From positions 698 to 64,697 of the forward strand of contig JACWDT010000006.1 of NCBI GenBank assembly GCA_014653985.1: 64,000 nucleotides of DNA. The letters are read 5' to 3'. The notes under the pieces were generated by a model. That model worked only from the letters and a program-made list of their open reading frames with translations. It did no database searches and had not been told where the DNA came from. The stretch is from Pelagibacterales bacterium SAG-MED22. Lineage in GTDB: Bacteria > Pseudomonadota > Alphaproteobacteria > Pelagibacterales > Pelagibacteraceae. Positions 37,702-48,605 of the stretch are shown here, piece by piece. The position numbers and the translations under genes are program-made. Numbering within the stretch: position 1 is the first letter of the stretch; every line of letters starts with the position of its first letter.

Positions 37702-39360
37702 ATGAAAGATGAACTATTATTCTGTCCATTAGGTGGGTCTGGTGAGATAGGCATGAATATGAATTTATTTGGTTATGGCCAACCAAGTAATCATAAATGG
37801 ATAATGGTTGATATAGGTGTTACTTTTGCAGATGATACCATTCCAGGTGTTGATTTAATTTACCCTGATCCAGGATTTATAGTTGAGAGAAAAGATAATT
37901 TACTTGGCATTGTACTTACTCATGCTCACGAAGATCATATTGGAGCAATTGCTCATCTATGGCCTAAATTAAAATGCAAAATTTTTGCAACACCATTTAC
38001 AGCTGTATTAATTAGAGAAAAATTCAAGGAAAAGCAAATCGATATAACAAATGATTTACAGATTGTTCAGTTGAATGGATCTGTAAACTTAGAACCATTT
38101 GAAATTGAATATATCACGTTAACACACTCAATTTTGGAACCAAATGGTCTTAGAATTAAAACACCAGCTGGTGTTATTTTACATACTGGCGACTGGAAGG
38201 TAGATCCTAATCCACTAATTGGTGACAACATAAACGAAAAAAGATTAAAACAAATTGGAAATGAAGGTGTGCTTGCAATGATATGTGACTCAACTAATGT
38301 TTTTAGCGCTGGCAGATCTGGATCTGAGTTAGATGTTAGAAAAAATATGCTAAACGTAATGTCACGCTTAAAAAAGAGAATTATTATTACATCCTTTGCC
38401 TCAAATGTAGCAAGAATGGAAACAGCTTTTTATTGCGCAGAACAAACTGGAAGACAAATTTCTCTCGTAGGTAGATCGATGCACCGTATTTATAAAGCAG
38501 CTCGTCAATGTGGATATCTAAAAAATACTATTGAACCTATTGACCCTCGTGAAGCCAAAAATTTTTCAAGAGAAAAAATAGTTTATTTATGCACTGGAAG
38601 TCAAGGTGAGCCTATGGGGGCAATGATGAGAATTTCTAGTTATGTTCATCCAGATGTTTATATTGAAAATGGAGATGCTGTAATATTTTCATCTAAAATT
38701 ATTCCAGGAAATGAAAAGAAACTTTATAAGCTTCACAATCAACTAGTTAAAGATGGTATAGAAGTAATATCAGAAGAGACTGAATTCGTTCATGTTTCAG
38801 GACATCCTAATAGAGAAGATCTTAAAGATATGTATCAGTGGGTAAAACCTAAATGTGTTATTCCAGTGCATGGTGAGCACAGACACATGATTGAGCACAT
38901 TAATTTTGCAAAAGAGATGCAAGTCCCACACCCTGTTCAAGTTGAAAATGGTGACATTGTTAAACTTTTTCCAGGCGATAAACCCAAGGTTTACGATAAG
39001 GCACCAAGTGGTAGGTTATATCTTGATGGAAATGTAAGTGTTGATCCTGACTCACAGTCAATTAAAGATAGAAAAAATCTTAGTGCTAACGGCTATCTAG
39101 AGGTTACTCTGATGATTACGCCAAAGGGTAATATTCACAGTAATCCTGTTTTATCTTTTCGAGGTTTACCTGTTGATGATCGGGATGAATTTGTTTACGG
39201 TTTAGAAGATGAGATTGAAAAAACTTCAAGGTCTTTTAGAGTTGGAAGTAGACAACAAGAGCACAATCTTATTGATGCGCTAAAAATTACTTGTAGAAAA
39301 TTTTCAAAAGAAAAAACTGGAAAAAAACCATTCACGAATATTAACTTAGTTCGGATTTAA
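37702..39360 (+). CDS. rnj: Ribonuclease J
   Basis: PLGGSGEIGMN, THAHEDHIG, HTGDWK, HVSGH, PVHGE. Confidence 0.96.
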   Translation: MKDELLFCPLGGSGEIGMNMNLFGYGQPSNHKWIMVDIGVTFADDTIPGVDLIYPDPGFIVERKDNLLGIVLTHAHEDHIGAIAHLWPKLKCKIFATPFTAVLIREKFKEKQIDITNDLQIVQLNGSVNLEPFEIEYITLTHSILEPNGLRIKTPAGVILHTGDWKVDPNPLIGDNINEKRLKQIGNEGVLAMICDSTNVFSAGRSGSELDVRKNMLNVMSRLKKRIIITSFASNVARMETAFYCAEQTGRQISLVGRSMHRIYKAARQCGYLKNTIEPIDPREAKNFSREKIVYLCTGSQGEPMGAMMRISSYVHPDVYIENGDAVIFSSKIIPGNEKKLYKLHNQLVKDGIEVISEETEFVHVSGHPNREDLKDMYQWVKPKCVIPVHGEHRHMIEHINFAKEMQVPHPVQVENGDIVKLFPGDKPKVYDKAPSGRLYLDGNVSVDPDSQSIKDRKNLSANGYLEVTLMITPKGNIHSNPVLSFRGLPVDDRDEFVYGLEDEIEKTSRSFRVGSRQQEHNLIDALKITCRKFSKEKTGKKPFTNINLVRI

Positions 39361-39605
39361 TGAGTGTAACGGGATTAGCTATAATCTATGTAATAATTTG
39401 GTGGATAATTTTTTTTGCAATCTTACCAATAGATGTAAATAGAACAAAAACTGTTAAAATTGATGGAGAAGATCCTGGATCTCCAGAAAATCCTAAAATG
39501 ATTAAAAAATTCTTCTATTGTACCGGAATAACTACTATTATTTTTATAATAATTTACTTATTAATTAAATTTGAATATTTAAATTTAAGAAATATGATTA
39601 CTTAA
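39360..39605 (+). CDS. DUF1467-family small membrane protein
   Basis: Y.IIWWIIFFAILP..G.DPGSP.NP motif. Canonical position before proS. Confidence 0.8.
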   Translation: MSVTGLAIIYVIIWWIIFFAILPIDVNRTKTVKIDGEDPGSPENPKMIKKFFYCTGITTIIFIIIYLLIKFEYLNLRNMIT

Positions 39606-39606
39606 G

Positions 39607-40941
39607 ATGTTATTATCTAAATTATTTATCCCTATTTTAAAAAATAATCCTTCTGAAGCCAAAATTAAGTCTCATCAATTAATGTTGAGAGTAGGAATGA
39701 TTAAACAAGCTTCAGCAGGAATTTACTCGTGGTTGCCATTAGGTTTTAAAGTAATGAAAAAAATTGAGAAGATAGTAAGACAGGAACAAAATAAAATTGG
39801 TGCGCAAGAAATCTTAATGCCCACAATTCAATCAAGTGAAATTTGGAAAGAAAGTGGTAGGTATGAAGATTATGGTGAGGAAATGCTTAGAATTAAAGAT
39901 CGTCAAAATCGTGAAATGCTTTATGGACCAACTAATGAAGAGCAGGTAACAGAAATTTTTAGATCTTCTTTAAAATCATATAAATCACTTCCACAACTTC
40001 TTTATCATATTCAGTGGAAATTTAGAGACGAAATTAGACCAAGGTTTGGAATTATGAGGGGTAGAGAATTTTATATGAAAGATGCTTATTCATTTGATGT
40101 TTCTGATGAAGAAGCATTTTATTCTTATAATAAATTTTTTTTATCTTATTTAAGAACTTTTAAAAGATTAGATTTAACTGCAATTCCAATGGCTGCAGAC
40201 ACTGGTCCAATTGGTGGAAATTTATCTCATGAATTTATTATATTAGCTGACACTGGCGAAAGTAAAATTTTTACTGACAAAAGAATTTTTGACTTAAATA
40301 GTAATGAGACAAAATTAGAAAAAAATTCTTTACAACAAATGAGAAAAAAATATGAGCAGTATTATTCAGTAACTGATGAAAAATTCAATAAGGAGGAGTT
40401 TGAAAAAGTTGTATCTGAAGAAAATAGATTGATCACAAAAGGTATTGAAGTAGGACACATTTTTTATTTTGGTGATAAATATTCAAAAGCAATGGGTGCT
40501 TCAGTTGATTTGCCTGGTGGCAAGAAAGACTTCGTTAAAATGGGCTCATATGGAATTGGTGTATCCAGGTTAGTTGGTGCTATTATTGAGGCTAAATATG
40601 ATGAAAAAAATGAAATCATGAAATGGCCATTGTCTGTTGCTCCTTATGACATTGCTTTGGTACCAATGATAAATAAGAATGACACATCAGCTCTAGATAA
40701 AGCAATCAATATTAATAAAGAATTAATTAAAAATAAAATTGATGCATTAATTGACGATACTGAAGAAAATTTTTCATCAAAAATAAAAAAAATGAATTTA
40801 ATTGGTGCTCCTTACCAAATTATTATTGGTAAAAAATCAGATGGTGATTCACTAGAGTTTAAAGAAACTGGAAAAGAAACTCAAAACATATCTTTAACCA
40901 AAATTGTAGAAATTATTAAAAAACAAAAAAATTCAAATTGA
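39607..40941 (+). CDS. proS: Proline-tRNA ligase (short alphaproteobacterial type)
   Basis: SHQLMLRVG, YGPTNEE, FRDEIRPRFG, GIEVGHIF, MGSYGIG. Confidence 0.97.
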   Translation: MLLSKLFIPILKNNPSEAKIKSHQLMLRVGMIKQASAGIYSWLPLGFKVMKKIEKIVRQEQNKIGAQEILMPTIQSSEIWKESGRYEDYGEEMLRIKDRQNREMLYGPTNEEQVTEIFRSSLKSYKSLPQLLYHIQWKFRDEIRPRFGIMRGREFYMKDAYSFDVSDEEAFYSYNKFFLSYLRTFKRLDLTAIPMAADTGPIGGNLSHEFIILADTGESKIFTDKRIFDLNSNETKLEKNSLQQMRKKYEQYYSVTDEKFNKEEFEKVVSEENRLITKGIEVGHIFYFGDKYSKAMGASVDLPGGKKDFVKMGSYGIGVSRLVGAIIEAKYDEKNEIMKWPLSVAPYDIALVPMINKNDTSALDKAININKELIKNKIDALIDDTEENFSSKIKKMNLIGAPYQIIIGKKSDGDSLEFKETGKETQNISLTKIVEIIKKQKNSN

Positions 40942-42170
40942 TTTCTAATTTAGAAAAAGAAATTACACTAAGGTTTTTAAAAGCCCGTAAAAATGATGGG
41001 TTTTTAAATGTCATATCTATTTTCTCATTCATAGGCATTAGTCTTGGAGTTGCAGTTCTTATAATTGTTATGTCAGTAATGAATGGATTTAGAACTGAGT
41101 TAATCAATAAAATTGTTGGATTTAACTCTCATTTAACTATTAAATCTTATGATCAAATAATTGATAAAAGTAAAATAGATAGTGGTGTATTAAAATCTAT
41201 TTCAGAAAGTGCACTATTTAGCAATTCTGGAGAGGCTATAATTTTAAAAAATCAAACTTCAAAAGGAATTGTATTAAGGGGCTATTTAAGAAACGATTTT
41301 TCTAAATTAGAGATTATTAAAAATAAAAATTTTAAAGGTAACAAACTCAATTTAGATAAGAATTCTATCTCGATTGGAAATGAACTTAGTTTTTCTTTAA
41401 ATCTGAAAATTGGAGATGAGATAACAATTTTATCACCAAGTGGTGTGCAAACTATAATTGGAAGCATGCCAAAACAAAAAACTTTTGTAGTTACATCAAT
41501 ATTTAATAGTGGTTTAGCAGAATTTGATAATAATATTGCATTGATCAATTTGTCTACACTTGAAGATTTTTTTGGTTTTAAACAAGAGCAAAGAAACTTG
41601 GAAGTTTATTTAAAAGATCCCAAGAATATAGAAAAACAAAAATTTGAATTTCAAAAGATCTTTGATCAAGAATTTGTTTATAGCTGGGCAGACATGAATA
41701 GTTCTCTCTTTTCAGCTTTAAAAGTTGAACGAAACGTTATGTTTATTATATTATCTCTAATTATTATTGTTGCTGCGTTTAATATTATATCTGGCTTGAC
41801 AATCTTAGTGAAAAATAAAACTAAAGATATCGCTATTTTAAAATCAATTGGAGTTTTGAATAAATCAATTGTCAAAATTTTCTTCTTAATTGGGGTAATT
41901 ATAGGAACTTCGGCAACTATTTTTGGAATTTTTTTAGGGGTAACATTTTCACTATATGTTGAAAACTTAAGACAATTTTTAAGCTCGACCTTTAATATCA
42001 GTTTATTTCCAGAGGAAATTTATTTCTTAAGTAAAATGCCTTCAGAAATAAATCTAAACTCTATCCTAATAATATCAATATGTTCAATATTAATAACTAT
42101 AGTAGTTTCAATATTTCCTGCCTTAAAAGCTGCAAAACTTGATCCCATAAAAGCCTTAAAATATGAATAA
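40938..42170 (+). CDS. lolC: Lipoprotein-releasing ABC permease LolC/E
   Basis: SFIGISLGVAVLIIVMSVMNGF, AAFNIISGL, FPALKAAKLDP. TTG start. Confidence 0.93.
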   Translation: MISNLEKEITLRFLKARKNDGFLNVISIFSFIGISLGVAVLIIVMSVMNGFRTELINKIVGFNSHLTIKSYDQIIDKSKIDSGVLKSISESALFSNSGEAIILKNQTSKGIVLRGYLRNDFSKLEIIKNKNFKGNKLNLDKNSISIGNELSFSLNLKIGDEITILSPSGVQTIIGSMPKQKTFVVTSIFNSGLAEFDNNIALINLSTLEDFFGFKQEQRNLEVYLKDPKNIEKQKFEFQKIFDQEFVYSWADMNSSLFSALKVERNVMFIILSLIIIVAAFNIISGLTILVKNKTKDIAILKSIGVLNKSIVKIFFLIGVIIGTSATIFGIFLGVTFSLYVENLRQFLSSTFNISLFPEEIYFLSKMPSEINLNSILIISICSILITIVVSIFPALKAAKLDPIKALKYE

Positions 42171-42840
42171 ATTTTTAGAATTAAACAATATATCAAAAAC
42201 TTTTGAGACTAGTAAAAAGTTTAAAGTTATAAAAAATTTATCATATAATTTTAAAAAAGGTAAAATTTACTCTCTGATGGGTCCCTCAGGTTCTGGTAAG
42301 TCTACTTTATTAAATTTAATCTCCTTAATAGACAAACCTTCAAATGGTTTAATTAAATTTAATAATCACCAAATTAATTATGATAAAAAAGAGCAAAATG
42401 ATCAACTTAGAGCAAAAAAAATCGGAATTGTTTATCAGCAAAATAATTTATTACCTGACTTTACATCACTGGAAAATATTTATCTGGCAAGCTTATCAAT
42501 TAATAATAATAAAAATTTGGCAATTTCTAAAGCAAAACAATTGCTAAATAAAATAGGCTTATCTAGCAGAGCTGATCATTATCCTTCCCAATTATCTGGT
42601 GGAGAAGCCCAAAGGATAGCTATAGCAAGAGCAATAATTAATGATCCCGAGATAATTTTGGCAGATGAGCCAACTGGCAGTTTGGATATAAAGACTGCAA
42701 AAATAATATTTAATTTATTAAAAGATCAAAAGAGATCAGACAGATTAATTATATTTGCAACTCATAATAGATTTTTCGGAAATAAGGCAGATTGCTTATT
42801 GGAGATATTAAATGGTAAGATAAAGTCATCTAATGGCTGA
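42163..42840 (+). CDS. lolD: Lipoprotein-releasing ABC ATPase
   Basis: [31 protein letters not shown]. Confidence 0.92.
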   Translation: MNKFLELNNISKTFETSKKFKVIKNLSYNFKKGKIYSLMGPSGSGKSTLLNLISLIDKPSNGLIKFNNHQINYDKKEQNDQLRAKKIGIVYQQNNLLPDFTSLENIYLASLSINNNKNLAISKAKQLLNKIGLSSRADHYPSQLSGGEAQRIAIARAIINDPEIILADEPTGSLDIKTAKIIFNLLKDQKRSDRLIIFATHNRFFGNKADCLLEILNGKIKSSNG

Positions 42841-45800
42841 GTCTTTACCACAAAACTTTAATCATCTTAAAATTCACACACAATACTCTATTTGTGAAGG
42901 TGCAATTAAAATAGATGATCTTCAAGAATATTCAAAAAGTAATAAAATAAAATCGTTAGGTCTTTGTGATACCTCTAATCTTTGTGGAGCATTAGAATTT
43001 GCTGAAAAGATATCAAAATCTGGAAGTCAACCTATCATTGGAACGCAAATTAACTTTAAAATTCATGATACAATTGGATTACTACCTTTATACGCTCTTA
43101 ATGAAGCAGGTTATAAAAATATTATCGATTTATCATCAGTATCGTATCTTAAAAATGATGAACTTTCTGATCCTCATGTAACATTTGATTATTTATTAGA
43201 TAATTCTGAAGGTGTTGCATTGTTTTCTGGAACTGTTTTTGGTTTGTTTGGAAAATTATTCGACAAGGGAAAATTTACTGAAATACATGATTTATATAAT
43301 AAAATTAAATTAAAATTTGGTGATCGTTTTTATATAGAAATACAAAGGCACAAAGATCTTAATGAAACTGGCTTTGAAAAATTTAATTTAGAGAAATCCT
43401 CAGATTTAGAGATACCAATAATTGCAACGAACGAGGTATATTATTTAAATAAAGATATGCATGAAGCGCATGATGCATTGATTTGTATAGGTAATAAAAC
43501 TTATGTTAACGAAAAAAATAGATTAAAATTAAGTGATCAACATTATTTTAAAAATAATTCTGAAATGTCAGAATTATTTTTTGATTTACCTGAAGCATTA
43601 GAAAATAATTATAATTTTCCTTTAAGATGTAATTTTAGGCCTTTGTTTTCAGATCCAATTTTACCAAATATAAGCAAAGATAAAGGTGGAGATGCTGATG
43701 AAATTTTAAAAAAAGAGTCTTTAGAAGGGCTTAAAACTAAATTTAAAAAGGTATTTAACATCAGTGCAAATGACATTGAGACAGAAAAAAAATATTTAGA
43801 TTACAAAAAAAGATTAGATCACGAGCTCTCGATAATTATTGAAATGAAATATGCTAGTTATTTTCTTATAGTATCAGATTATATCAAGTGGGCTAAAAAT
43901 AATGACATACCAGTTGGTCCTGGTAGAGGTTCAGGTGCAGGATCTTTAGTTGCTTGGTGTTTATCTATCACAGATGTAGATCCAATTAAATTTAATTTAA
44001 TATTTGAAAGATTTTTAAATCCAGATCGAATATCTATGCCTGATTTTGATATCGATTTTTGCGAGGATAAAAGAGATCTTGTTTTTGAATATTTAACAAA
44101 AAAGTACAAAGATAGTGTTGCTCACATAATTACCTTTGGAAAATTAAAAGCTAGAATGGTCATTCGCGATGTTGGTAGAGTTTTGGGATTATCCTATGGT
44201 TTTGTAGATAGTATTTCTAAAATGATACCTTTTGATCCTTCAAGACCACAAAATTTAACACAGTGTATAGCTGGTGAACCAAGGCTTCAAAAACTAATTA
44301 ATGAAGATCCAAAAGTTAAAAAATTAACTGATTTATCACTTCAACTCGAAGGTCTGAATAGAAATGTTGCAACACATGCAGCAGGAGTAGTTATTGCAGA
44401 TAGAAAACTGACTGAAGTAGTTCCTTTATATAAAGACAGTTCTGCAGATTTGTTATTACCTTCCACTCAATTTGACATGTATTCAGCTGAAAATGCAGGG
44501 CTGATAAAATTTGATTTTTTGGGTTTGAAAACTCTCACTGTAATTAACAACACGCAAAAGTTAATTAAAAAGATTAATAAGGATTTTGACATAGAAAAAA
44601 TTGATTTTGAGGACCAAAAGGTTTTTGATTTATTATCAAGCGGTAAAACGGTTGGGTTATTCCAGATTGAAAGTGCTGGAATGAGAGAAGCCTTGTTACA
44701 AATGAAACCAAACCATATAGAAGATATTATTGCTCTTGTAGCTTTATATAGACCTGGACCAATGAGTAATATTCCAACTTATAATGATTGTAAGCATGGG
44801 AAACAAAAACCTGATTATTTACACCCACTCTTAGTGGATATTTTGAAACCTACATATGGAGTAATTATTTATCAAGAACAAGTAATGCAAATTGCACAAA
44901 AGTTATCTGGATTTACTGCTGGTCAAGCTGACTTACTTCGAAGAGCAATGGGTAAAAAGAAAAGGGCTGAACTTGAAAAGCAAAAACAAGGTTTCATCGA
45001 AGGAGCAATAAAAAATGGAATTGCTAAAGATGTTGCAGCTGGAATTTTTTTAAAAATAGAACCTTTTGCAGAATATGGATTTAACAAAAGTCATGCAGCC
45101 GCCTATGCAATTATTTCCTATCAAACTGCCTTTTTAAAGACTTATTATCCAAAAGAGTTTATTGCAGCATCAATGACGATGGATATTTCTAATCAAAGTA
45201 AACTTAGTGAGTTCTATGAAGAATTGAACAGATTAAATGTAGAAGTTGTTCGACCAGATATAAATGAATGCTTCGCTGATTTTAGAACTATTGACGGAAA
45301 GTTTTATTATGCATTAGGAGGAATAAAAGCTGTAGGGTATGAGGCAATTTCAAATATTATTGAGGAAAGAACCGTTAATGGAAAATTTTCATCAACTAAT
45401 GATTTTTTAAATAGAGTAAACCCAAAAGACATAAATAAACTTCAATTAGAAGGATTAGTAAAGGCAGGTGCTTTTGACAATATAAATTCTAACAGACAAG
45501 CACTATTTGATTCAATACCCAATTTTATAACCAAAAGTAAAAATATTTTTGAGAATAAGTCAGCAAATCAAATCGATTTATTTTCAGAGGATGAAAAAAC
45601 CCAAGACGATATAATAAAAAATATAGAAGATTGGCAATTTGAAGAAAGACTAGCAAGAGAATTTGATGCAGTGGGTTTTTTTATTTCAGATCACCCATTA
45701 AATCAATTTACTGAAATATTTAATGATTATAAAATAAATGAATATAGTAAATTCACTTTAGATGATCAGATTAAAAATTCCAATATAGCTGCTACCTTAC

Positions 45801-46249
45801 TAAAATTACAGGAAAGAAAAACTGCAAAAGGAAATTCCTATGCAGTTTTAAAATTAACAGATTTATCAAGTGTATTTGAACTTTTTATATTTTCTGATGT
45901 TCTAGAATTAAATAGAGAAATTTTGAAAGAGGGTAATTCTTTGATATTAAATTTAGTTAAAAATATAACTGATGATGAAAACCGTTTTAAAAGAATTAAT
46001 GTTCAAAAAATATCTTCATTAAAAGAATTGTTCAATAGTCCAATTAATGAAGTCTCTTTTGACGTTAGATCTGAAGATCAAGTACAAGTAATATCAAAAA
46101 TTCTTAAAGAAAATGGTAAAACATTGGTTAATATTAATCTAGTCACTGAAGATAATATTCTTCAATTTAAACTCAAAAATTCAAAAAATTTAGACAGAAA
46201 ATTACTAAATTTATTAAGAAAACAACAAATACAAGCCAATATTCTATAA
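42833..46249 (+). CDS. dnaE: DNA polymerase III alpha subunit
   Basis: PHP domain, GPGRGSGAGS, PDFDIDF, KFDFLGL, YGFNKSHA. Confidence 0.98.
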   Translation: MAESLPQNFNHLKIHTQYSICEGAIKIDDLQEYSKSNKIKSLGLCDTSNLCGALEFAEKISKSGSQPIIGTQINFKIHDTIGLLPLYALNEAGYKNIIDLSSVSYLKNDELSDPHVTFDYLLDNSEGVALFSGTVFGLFGKLFDKGKFTEIHDLYNKIKLKFGDRFYIEIQRHKDLNETGFEKFNLEKSSDLEIPIIATNEVYYLNKDMHEAHDALICIGNKTYVNEKNRLKLSDQHYFKNNSEMSELFFDLPEALENNYNFPLRCNFRPLFSDPILPNISKDKGGDADEILKKESLEGLKTKFKKVFNISANDIETEKKYLDYKKRLDHELSIIIEMKYASYFLIVSDYIKWAKNNDIPVGPGRGSGAGSLVAWCLSITDVDPIKFNLIFERFLNPDRISMPDFDIDFCEDKRDLVFEYLTKKYKDSVAHIITFGKLKARMVIRDVGRVLGLSYGFVDSISKMIPFDPSRPQNLTQCIAGEPRLQKLINEDPKVKKLTDLSLQLEGLNRNVATHAAGVVIADRKLTEVVPLYKDSSADLLLPSTQFDMYSAENAGLIKFDFLGLKTLTVINNTQKLIKKINKDFDIEKIDFEDQKVFDLLSSGKTVGLFQIESAGMREALLQMKPNHIEDIIALVALYRPGPMSNIPTYNDCKHGKQKPDYLHPLLVDILKPTYGVIIYQEQVMQIAQKLSGFTAGQADLLRRAMGKKKRAELEKQKQGFIEGAIKNGIAKDVAAGIFLKIEPFAEYGFNKSHAAAYAIISYQTAFLKTYYPKEFIAASMTMDISNQSKLSEFYEELNRLNVEVVRPDINECFADFRTIDGKFYYALGGIKAVGYEAISNIIEERTVNGKFSSTNDFLNRVNPKDINKLQLEGLVKAGAFDNINSNRQALFDSIPNFITKSKNIFENKSANQIDLFSEDEKTQDDIIKNIEDWQFEERLAREFDAVGFFISDHPLNQFTEIFNDYKINEYSKFTLDDQIKNSNIAATLLKLQERKTAKGNSYAVLKLTDLSSVFELFIFSDVLELNREILKEGNSLILNLVKNITDDENRFKRINVQKISSLKELFNSPINEVSFDVRSEDQVQVISKILKENGKTLVNINLVTEDNILQFKLKNSKNLDRKLLNLLRKQQIQANIL

Positions 46250-46302
46250 ATAAAACTTGTTAAATTTATAAAATATTTGTAAATAATGCATAAATTTAAT
46301 TA

Positions 46303-46378
46303 ACACGCACACAGTTGTTGGTTTTATACCTCCGGTCCTTAATTGGAAATTACTGTGGTGGCTTAACCGGGAATAAAT
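46303..46378 (+). ncRNA. rpsB (S2) autoregulatory leader
   Basis: ACACGCAC at the 5' end, stem CACAGT(46310-15)/ACTGTG(46352-57), followed by GTGGCTTAACC. Resembles the ACACAC...GUGGAGGCAUAACC core of S2 leaders. Confidence 0.65.
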
Positions 46379-47200
46379 ATGAAAATACCTAACGTTACAA
46401 TTCAACAACTATTAGAAGCAGGTGTCCATTTAGGTCATAAGACCTTGAGGTGGAATCCGAAAATGAAGAAATATATTTTTGGAAAAAGAGACTCAATTCA
46501 CATTATAGATTTAACACAAACACTAGAGCTAACTAAAGTGGCTTTAGAAAAGGTCTATAATACAATAGCAAATAATGGAAAAATTTTATTTGTCTCTACA
46601 AAAAAACAAGCTTCAGAAGCAATAGCAGAAGTTGCAAAAGAAACAGATCAATATTTTGTAAATTATAGATGGTTAGGTGGAATGTTAACTAATTGGGGAA
46701 CAATTTCAAATTCAATTAAAAAATTAAAAAAATTAGAAATAGATATTTCTGCTGAAAATAGAGGGTTTACTAAAAAAGAACTCTTAAAAATGAATGTTAA
46801 AAAAGATAAACTTCAAAGATCTTTAGGTGGAATTGCTGAAATGAAGAAAGTTCCTGATCTTGTTTTTGTAATAGATACAAACTACGAATCTTTAGCAATT
46901 GCAGAGTCTGCTAAACTTGGAATACCTATAATTGCAATTTTAGATAGTAATTCGAATCCTGAGAACATTGATTTTCCAATTCCTGGAAATGATGACGCTA
47001 GAAGAGCGATTGATCTATATTGTAATCTCATAAAGGAGACAATTAATAGTGCCAAAAGCTCTATTCCAGCTCAGAAAATAACACAAGATAAAATTAAAGA
47101 TAATAAAAAAGACGAAGATAAGACAAAAACAATTCAAGAACTTGATAGAGAAAAATTAGAACAGAAGTTTTCTAAAGAAACTAAGGAGACTTTAAATTAA
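46379..47200 (+). CDS. rpsB: 30S ribosomal protein S2
   Basis: [32 protein letters not shown]. Confidence 0.99.
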   Translation: MKIPNVTIQQLLEAGVHLGHKTLRWNPKMKKYIFGKRDSIHIIDLTQTLELTKVALEKVYNTIANNGKILFVSTKKQASEAIAEVAKETDQYFVNYRWLGGMLTNWGTISNSIKKLKKLEIDISAENRGFTKKELLKMNVKKDKLQRSLGGIAEMKKVPDLVFVIDTNYESLAIAESAKLGIPIIAILDSNSNPENIDFPIPGNDDARRAIDLYCNLIKETINSAKSSIPAQKITQDKIKDNKKDEDKTKTIQELDREKLEQKFSKETKETLN

Positions 47201-47201
47201 T

Positions 47202-48053
47202 ATGAGCGACATAGAGAACGTAAAGAAGTTAAGAGAGGCAACTGGAGCAGGTTTTAAAGATTGCAATTTAGCAATAAAAGAAGCTAATGGCGATATAGAT
47301 AAGGCCATTGAAATCCTTAGAGTTAAAGGAATTTCAAAGGCTTCAAAAAAAATGTCTCGAGATGCCAAAGAGGGTGTTGTTGTTGTTAGTGGTAATGAAA
47401 ACAAAACATCTATAATTGAAGTAAATTGTGAGACTGATTTTGTTGCTAAAAATGAGGACTTTATTAATTTCGTAAAAGAACTAAGTGAAATAAATAATAA
47501 AAAAAATTCTAATCTTGAAGAATTAAAAAATTCAAAGATGAAAAATGATCAAACCGTTGACGAAAACTTAGTTGCTTTGATTGCAAAAATTGGAGAAAAA
47601 ATAACAATTGGTAAATCTAAAACAATTGAAAACCCTAATGGTGTAAATAATCATTATCTTCACACTGTAGTTCAAGACAATGTGGCTAAGTTAGCTGTAT
47701 TAGTCTCATTAGAAACAAGTGAAAACTCAGAGGTAGTAAAAACTTTTAGTAAACAGTTGTCAATGCATATTGCGGCTTCAAACCCTTTGGCTTTAGAGTC
47801 TAATTCAATAGATCAAGCAATTATCGATAAAGAGCAAGAGCTTGTTACAGAGGAATTAAAAAACTCTGGAAAACCTGAGGAGATTGCAAATAAAATAAGT
47901 TTAGGGAAGATGAATAAGTTTAAAGAAGAAAATGCTCTTTTAACACAAGCTTGGGTTATGGAGCCAAAAAAAAAAGTGAAAGATATTTTAAAAGAACTTT
48001 CTATAGCTGATCTTAAAATTAAAGAATTTTATAGAATTAAAATTGGAGAATAA
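47202..48053 (+). CDS. tsf: Elongation factor Ts
   Basis: [30 protein letters not shown]. Confidence 0.98.
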   Translation: MSDIENVKKLREATGAGFKDCNLAIKEANGDIDKAIEILRVKGISKASKKMSRDAKEGVVVVSGNENKTSIIEVNCETDFVAKNEDFINFVKELSEINNKKNSNLEELKNSKMKNDQTVDENLVALIAKIGEKITIGKSKTIENPNGVNNHYLHTVVQDNVAKLAVLVSLETSENSEVVKTFSKQLSMHIAASNPLALESNSIDQAIIDKEQELVTEELKNSGKPEEIANKISLGKMNKFKEENALLTQAWVMEPKKKVKDILKELSIADLKIKEFYRIKIGE

Positions 48054-48605
48054 ATGTTTGATGAAAAATCTTACAGCCTTAAGATGGATAAAGCCATAGA
48101 GGTATTTTTAAAAGAACTGTCTTCTCTCCGAACAGGTAGAGCTAATGCCGCTATGCTGGATTTAATTAAAGTAGATGTTTATGGACAACAAATGCCAATT
48201 AATCAAGTAGGAAGCATAACCACCCCTGAGTCTAGAATGATAAATATTCAAGTTTGGGATACAAATAATGTTCCATTAATTGACGCAGCTATTAAAAAAT
48301 CTGATTTAGGATTAAATCCACAAATAGATGGACAGTTGATTAGATTACCTGTCCCTGAACTTAACGAAGAGAGAAGAACTGAACTAAAAAAAATAATTAA
48401 GTCCGTTGGTGAAAAATGTAAAGTTTCTATTAGAAACATTAGAAGAGAGGCCAATGAAGATGTGAAAAAACTTTTAAAATCAAAAGATATTGGTGAGGAT
48501 GAGGAAAAAACTCATGAAAAAAAAGTTCAGACAATAACCGATAATCATATTAAATTAGTAGATGAAAAAGTTTTATTAAAAGAAAAAGAAATAATGATAA
48601 TATGA
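48054..48605 (+). CDS. frr: Ribosome recycling factor
   Basis: LRTGRAN, LGLNP..DG..IRLPVPELNEERR, IRNIRR. Confidence 0.97.
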   Translation: MFDEKSYSLKMDKAIEVFLKELSSLRTGRANAAMLDLIKVDVYGQQMPINQVGSITTPESRMINIQVWDTNNVPLIDAAIKKSDLGLNPQIDGQLIRLPVPELNEERRTELKKIIKSVGEKCKVSIRNIRREANEDVKKLLKSKDIGEDEEKTHEKKVQTITDNHIKLVDEKVLLKEKEIMII

